A stretch of 64,000 nucleotides of DNA from Podarcis vaucheri (lineage: Eukaryota), in assembly GCA_965113315.1 (NCBI GenBank), contig OZ220379.1. One strand, written 5' to 3'. Positions 58,993 to 64,000 of the stretch are shown piece by piece. The position numbers were made by a program, and so were the translations under genes. The notes under the pieces are model-generated. The model was not told the DNA's origin. It made no database searches and saw only the letters and a list, made by a program, of their open reading frames with translations. Every line of letters starts with the position of its first letter. Position 1 is the stretch's first letter.

Positions 58993-59349
58993 AAAGGTAA
59001 AGGTAAAAGACCCCTGGACAGTTAAGTCCAGTCAAAGGCGACGATGGGGTTGTGACATTCATCTCGCTTTCAGGCCGAGGGAGCTGGCTTTTGTCCACAG
59101 ACAGCTTTCCGGGTCATGTGGCCGGCATGACTAAACTGCTTCTGGCGCAAAGGGACACCGTTATGGAAACCGGAGCTCATGGAAACGCTGTTTACCTTCC
59201 CGCTGCAGTGGTACCTACTTATCTACTTGCACTGGTGTGCTTTTGAACTGCTAGGTTGACAGGACCTGGGACAGAGCAATGGGAGCTCACTCTGTTGCAT
59301 GGATTTGAACTGCCGACCTTCTGATCAGCAAGCCCAAGAGGCTCAGTGG
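58993..59349 (-). mobile_element. Sauria SINE (5'-clipped)
   Basis: AAAGGTAAAGGTAAA tail and SINE body. Confidence 0.85.
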
Positions 59350-59827
59350 GCAGTCATGCCCCATGAATTGGATATATGGGCCTCTGTACGTGCAGCTCTT
59401 CGTGCATAGGCTTTTGTATAAGTCTTGCACCATCGGTGCTCCAGCTTCCACTGAATATTTCATGTACAGAAAGGTCTGTATTAACAGGGTTCCCCTGCTC
59501 AGTTGTCCACACTCAACACACAGCTGTTGGGCAGGAAAGCCACGCAACACCAGGGAAAGGCGGACCCATGGTGCATTGCATGTCAGCTCCCTCGGACAAT
59601 TAACACAACAAGGCAGCTTATCGTTCAGCCTGATCTTAAACCAGCTTACAGAGAAGTACAGTATACACCACTGTGTTCACTGAGACTTACTTCCTAGTAA
59701 ATGTGCATAGCATTGTAGCCTTAGACAAAACAACAGCAGTCCCAGCAAACAGACTGGGCAAACTATGACTCAGATAGACACCTTTGCACAATATATTCAT
59801 ATTGCATATCCATATTTTATAACGGTA

Positions 59828-60069
59828 CAGTGGTACCTCAGGTTACATACACTTCAGGTTACAGACACTTCAGGTTACAGACTCTGCTAACCCAGAAATA
59901 GTACCTTGGGTTAAGAACTTTTCTTCAAGATGAGAACAGAAATCGGGCTCCGGCGGCGCGGCAACAGCGGGAGGCCCCATTAGCTAAAGTGGTGCTTCAG
60001 GTTAAAAACAGTTTCAGGTTAAGTACGGACCTCCGGAACAAATTAAGTACTTAACCTGAGGTACCACTG
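59828..60069. mobile_element. Tc1/mariner-type MITE
   Basis: TA|CAGTGGTACCTCAGGTTA ... TAACCTGAGGTACCACTG|TA. Confidence 0.88.
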
Positions 60070-60639
60070 TATGCCATTTTTTAAAAATAGTATGCAACGT
60101 TTTCCCTCCACAGAAAACGTTAAATATGTTATTTGAAATCTCCACATGTCACAAGGCTATTGCACAAGCAATTCTCTCTTAATTTTGAGTCAGGGTCACA
60201 CAAGCACCACAACCCCATGGGTAGGGGGGTTCAAACATGATGTTAGTAAATTTAACAAATGCATGAGGGCGGGGGTCACAGAGCTGCATGACCCTAGGCC
60301 ATTTCTCACCAGGCACAATGAGAAAGCCCCCCCGACGGCTGCCCACACACCCTCCAAAGGGAATCTCTGTGTGAAATTATGCACACACCCTCCAAATGCA
60401 TGATGGGGGGGGGCACCGCTAGCCTACGTGCTTCCTCAAGCCCCCTCATGCGTTCTTTCGATGCATGATACGCAGTTTTTGACAGTGGCTTGACACCTCC
60501 TCCCTTGGGTAGGTAGCAATGTGTACTGTCTTGCATGCTTCAAAATGTGGTAAGCTAACCCTACTGCATTTGGCAGACCACCCTGCATATTCTGTTGGGT
60601 GGAGCCCAGGACATATTGTCCACAGCCCTATCCTCCTGA

Positions 60640-61020
60640 GGGACGCGGGTGGTGCTGTGTTCTCAACCACTGAGCCTCTTGGGCTTCCCAATCAGAAGGT
60701 CGGTGGTTCGAATCCCCGCGACGGGGTGAGCTCCCGTTGCTCTGTCCCAGCTCCTGCCAACCTAGCAGTCTGAAAGCATGCCAGTGCAAGTAGATAAATA
60801 GGTACCCCTGCAGAGGGAAGGTAAACAGCATTTCCATGCGCTCTGGTTTCCGTCATGGTGTTCCGTTGTGCCAGAAGCGGTTTAGTCATGCTGGCCACAT
60901 GACCCAGAAAGCTGTCTGTGGACAAACGCCGGCTCCCTCGGCCTATAGAGAGAGATGAGTGTGCAACCCCAGAGTCATCCGCGACTGGACCTAACAGTCA
61001 AGGGTACCTTTACCTTTACC
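60640..61020 (+). mobile_element. Sauria SINE
   Basis: GGGACGCGGGTGG head, B-box, ACCTTT tail. Confidence 0.9.
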
Positions 61021-61314
61021 CCTTTCAAATACTGTTTGATGGGCGTTTCCCGTTTCAAACTGGTTAATCTTAAAGGTGTCACACAAAACTGTTAACACAG
61101 GACTCGCAAAATGGGAAATGATTATTCCCCTCCCCTAAACATTCCTGTATCAAAATTGGTTTTGCTTGTAACTTACTTAAAACCTTGATCGTTACTGTAA
61201 GTGGTGATACATTACAAAAACCAAACCTTTGACTGGTCTTAACTGTCCAGGGGTCATTTTCCTTTACCTTTTTACCTCCTGACAACACCACTGAAGGTAT
61301 AGGTTGATTCAGCT

Positions 61315-61840
61315 CAGTGCTATTTTTCTAGAAAAAGAGGTGCCGGAACCAGTGGCGTCGCTTGGGGAAGGCCAGCGGGGCAGTGGCCAGGAATACCTTT
61401 GTGGGGGCATATTTTACTCTTTGCTGCCCTGCCAGTCCCACACCATTTTGCAATGCCACAGGGCTGGCTGAGGAGGATGTGACAAGCATGTGCCCTCCCT
61501 GCTCCCACAGCCTCTCAGCATCACAAGGCAGCATGAGTGTGTCCTTTGGGTGCATGTGAGTTATGCTCACCAAGGGCTGTGGGCGAGAAGGGGCACAGCG
61601 CGGCCCCACGGTGGTGTTGGGCCGGTGGCAACATGGGCTGGGCACGGGCTCCATTCACCCTCCACACTCTGAGCCTTGCCCCCCAGATACACGCACCCCC
61701 GGACGCATGGTAGGTGCCCACAATGCCACTGGGCAAAACTCCCTACGATCACCTTCCTTGTTCTCTTATAATGGCAACGGTGCCCACCTGAGAGGTGACG
61801 GAAATGCGTTCAGGTGAGTTCCAGGTGAAAAGAAGGCCTG
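61315..61840. mobile_element. hAT-like non-autonomous element with GC-rich interior
   Basis: CAGTGCTATTTTTCTAGAAAAAGAGGTGCCGGAAC ... GTTCCAGGTGAAAAGAAGGCCTG degenerate TIRs. Confidence 0.45.
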
Positions 61841-62044
61841 ATTTGTCTCTTCAGTGCACAGTAACCATATGAGAATAATAACACTCCAATTTTCTGGATC
61901 ATGGATTGGCTATATTATCTAGATATTGACAAAGTGGCAGAAGAATACGTTTTTCAGATTGGCTCAGACAACTCTATCTGTTGGGGGGATTTGAATATTC
62001 ACTGAGGGGGTTCTCAAACAGCCCATGCAAGAGTTACTTTTCAA

Positions 62045-62045
62045 G

Positions 62046-62093
<48 letters not shown>

Positions 62094-62842
62094 CTACCCC
62101 ACTCATCTGGCTGGGTTTCCCCAGCCACTCTGGGCAGCTTCCAACAGAAGATTAAAAATACATTAAACCATCAGTCATTAAAAACTTCCCTAAACAGAGC
62201 TGCCTTCAGATGTCTTCTAAATGTAATGTTGTTGTTTAGTTCTTTGACATCTGATGGGAGGGCGTTCCACAGGGCGGGTGCCACTACCGAGAAGGCCCTC
62301 TGCCTGGTTCCCTGTAACTTGGCTTCTCGCAGTGAGGGAACCACCAGAAGGCCCTCAGCACTGGACCTCAGTGTCCGGGCAGAACGATGGGGGTGGAGAT
62401 GCTCCTTCAGGTATACAGGACCGAGGCTGTTTAAAGGTCAGCACCAACACTTTGAATTATGCTCAGAAGCGTACTGGGAGCCAGTGTAGGTCCTTTGGGA
62501 CCGGTGTTATGTGGTCTCGGCGGCCGCTCCCAGTCACCAGTCTAACTGCCGGATTTCGGAACTGCCGCATTTCGGAACTTTCCGGGTCACCTTCAAAGGT
62601 AGCCCCACATAGAGCACATTGCAATAGTCCAAGCGGGAGATAACCAGAGTATGCACACCTCTGGCAAGAGAGTCCGCGGGCAGGTAGGTCTCATCCTGCG
62701 TACCAGATGGAGCTGGTAGGTAGACAGCTGCCCTGGACACAAAATGGACCTGTGCCTCCATGGACAGCTGTGACTCCAAAATGACTCCCAGGCTGCACAC
62801 CTGGTCCTTCAGGGGCACAGTTGCCCCATTCAGGACCAGGGA
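62045..62842 (-). mobile_element. L2 3' fragment with (AAC)16 tail
   Basis: SLGVILESQLSMEAQV...[16 protein letters not shown]; (GTT)16 at 62045-62092. Confidence 0.9.
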
Positions 62843-64000
62843 GTTTTGTTCTCAATCTCACTAGTTACTCAGTTTTGTGGCCTTCCAGTGCCTTAATTGT
62901 GGTGCTACAGCAAAAATGCCTGGGAGGCCTCCCTACACAACAATTCACGTGTATTTTACATGGAAAAGTTAATGTGAACTATTGTCTTGCATTGATTTTA
63001 TATGCATGCCCAGATTGGGAGTATCATGCCCAAATTCAAACAATTTTATCCATGAAAATAGGGGTAGGGGACCTGTGCCCCTCCATATGTTGGACTACAT
63101 GTCCCATCAATTCCAGCCAGCATGGCCTGTGGTTGGGAATGATGGGATTTGTAGTGCAACAACATTTACCTGAATATGAACTGATACTTCAAAAAGTAAC
63201 CGAAACCCTCCCCTTTCAGTGACACGCATGAGACTCAGGCCAGTCACTTTTAGATTAAGTAATGCATAACAATCATTCTCAAACGTAGCCACGTCGATTT
63301 CCAGTAACAATTCTAACAGCACCACACAAAAGTACCTAAAAGCCTAGAAAGCAAAACCAAAAGAGGAAAAATATATCAGGGCAAAAGGAACTAAGAGCAA
63401 AAGGAAATGCTGTTTGCAACTTTGCTCCACTTAGCAAAATCAAGAGGCTACACAAGAGGAGAGCTAAATAGGGGACTGTTTCAACGGGGGAAAATAATAA
63501 TTTAAAACCCTGTCTGTTATCTCTCTTGGAAAGTTGTAATCTGTTCCACCTTCCATACGAAGCTGATAGGGAGGAAATGTGAAGTTAGAAAAGAAACTTA
63601 ATGATTATTCTGCAAAAACATGTCAACAGTTTCTTAGGCAGCATGATTGTGTTCCATTATTTTATTTTGTGAGTTGCACGTACGCGCACACACACACAAA
63701 ACATGTTTTTTTTTATGGCTGGGATATTTTCTGAGCTTAAGCTATTTTCACACTGGAGGCAAATTGGTGAACTATGGGCAATGCTCTCCATTATAAATAG
63801 GGAATACTGCTTGACCAAGCATTGGCAGTTTGTCCCTGGTATTCAAATAGAGGGGCATAGGCATGGTTCTGTCATTTGGTCTTCAGCATTACCTGCCGAC
63901 ATAGTGAACTGGTGTGTGAATCAATCGGCCAGGTTTTCTGTGACCGAATGCCTCAGCTCTGCCAATCCCAAATACGGTACTTCCTAGGAAGTGAGCAGAA

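Noticed and set aside
62025-62489. Poly-Leu signal-peptide-like ORF (and poly-Cys ORF 61981-62166)
   Set aside because: Translation of the (GTT)n tail and the antisense L2 body.
54272-64000. TEK exon 2
   Set aside because: I found no segment encoding the expected AMDLILINS-like peptide; intron 1 evidently extends past the window.

Overview
Vertebrate genomic DNA, most likely a lacertid lizard (Podarcis/Lacerta-like), judged from the Sauria SINE, L2, CR1, RTE-X and MITE repertoire. The + strand carries the complete coding sequence of IFT74: 19 coding exons, 706-40663, 1800 nt / 599 aa, with a U12-type last intron. LRRC19 (4 coding exons, 361 aa) is nested antisense in one IFT74 intron. About 13 kb downstream are the promoter/5'UTR, first coding exon (54199-54271) and start of intron 1 of TEK (Tie2), including a block resembling the mammalian Tie2 intron-1 endothelial enhancer. 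This matches the mammalian IFT74-LRRC19-TEK synteny. The rest is introns and intergenic DNA dense with transposable elements, and almost all listed ORFs are spurious or TE-derived. I found no prokaryote-style novel system. The most interesting observations are an apparent TEK start-codon switch, an octamer site that seems to have moved from the TEK 5'UTR to the intronic enhancer, a tandem array of long hairpins inside a MITE, an acidic + Arg-rich reading frame inside a solo LTR, a probable frameshifted LRRC19 tail and a deviant U12 branch point. Comparisons with mammalian sequences are from memory and need alignment.
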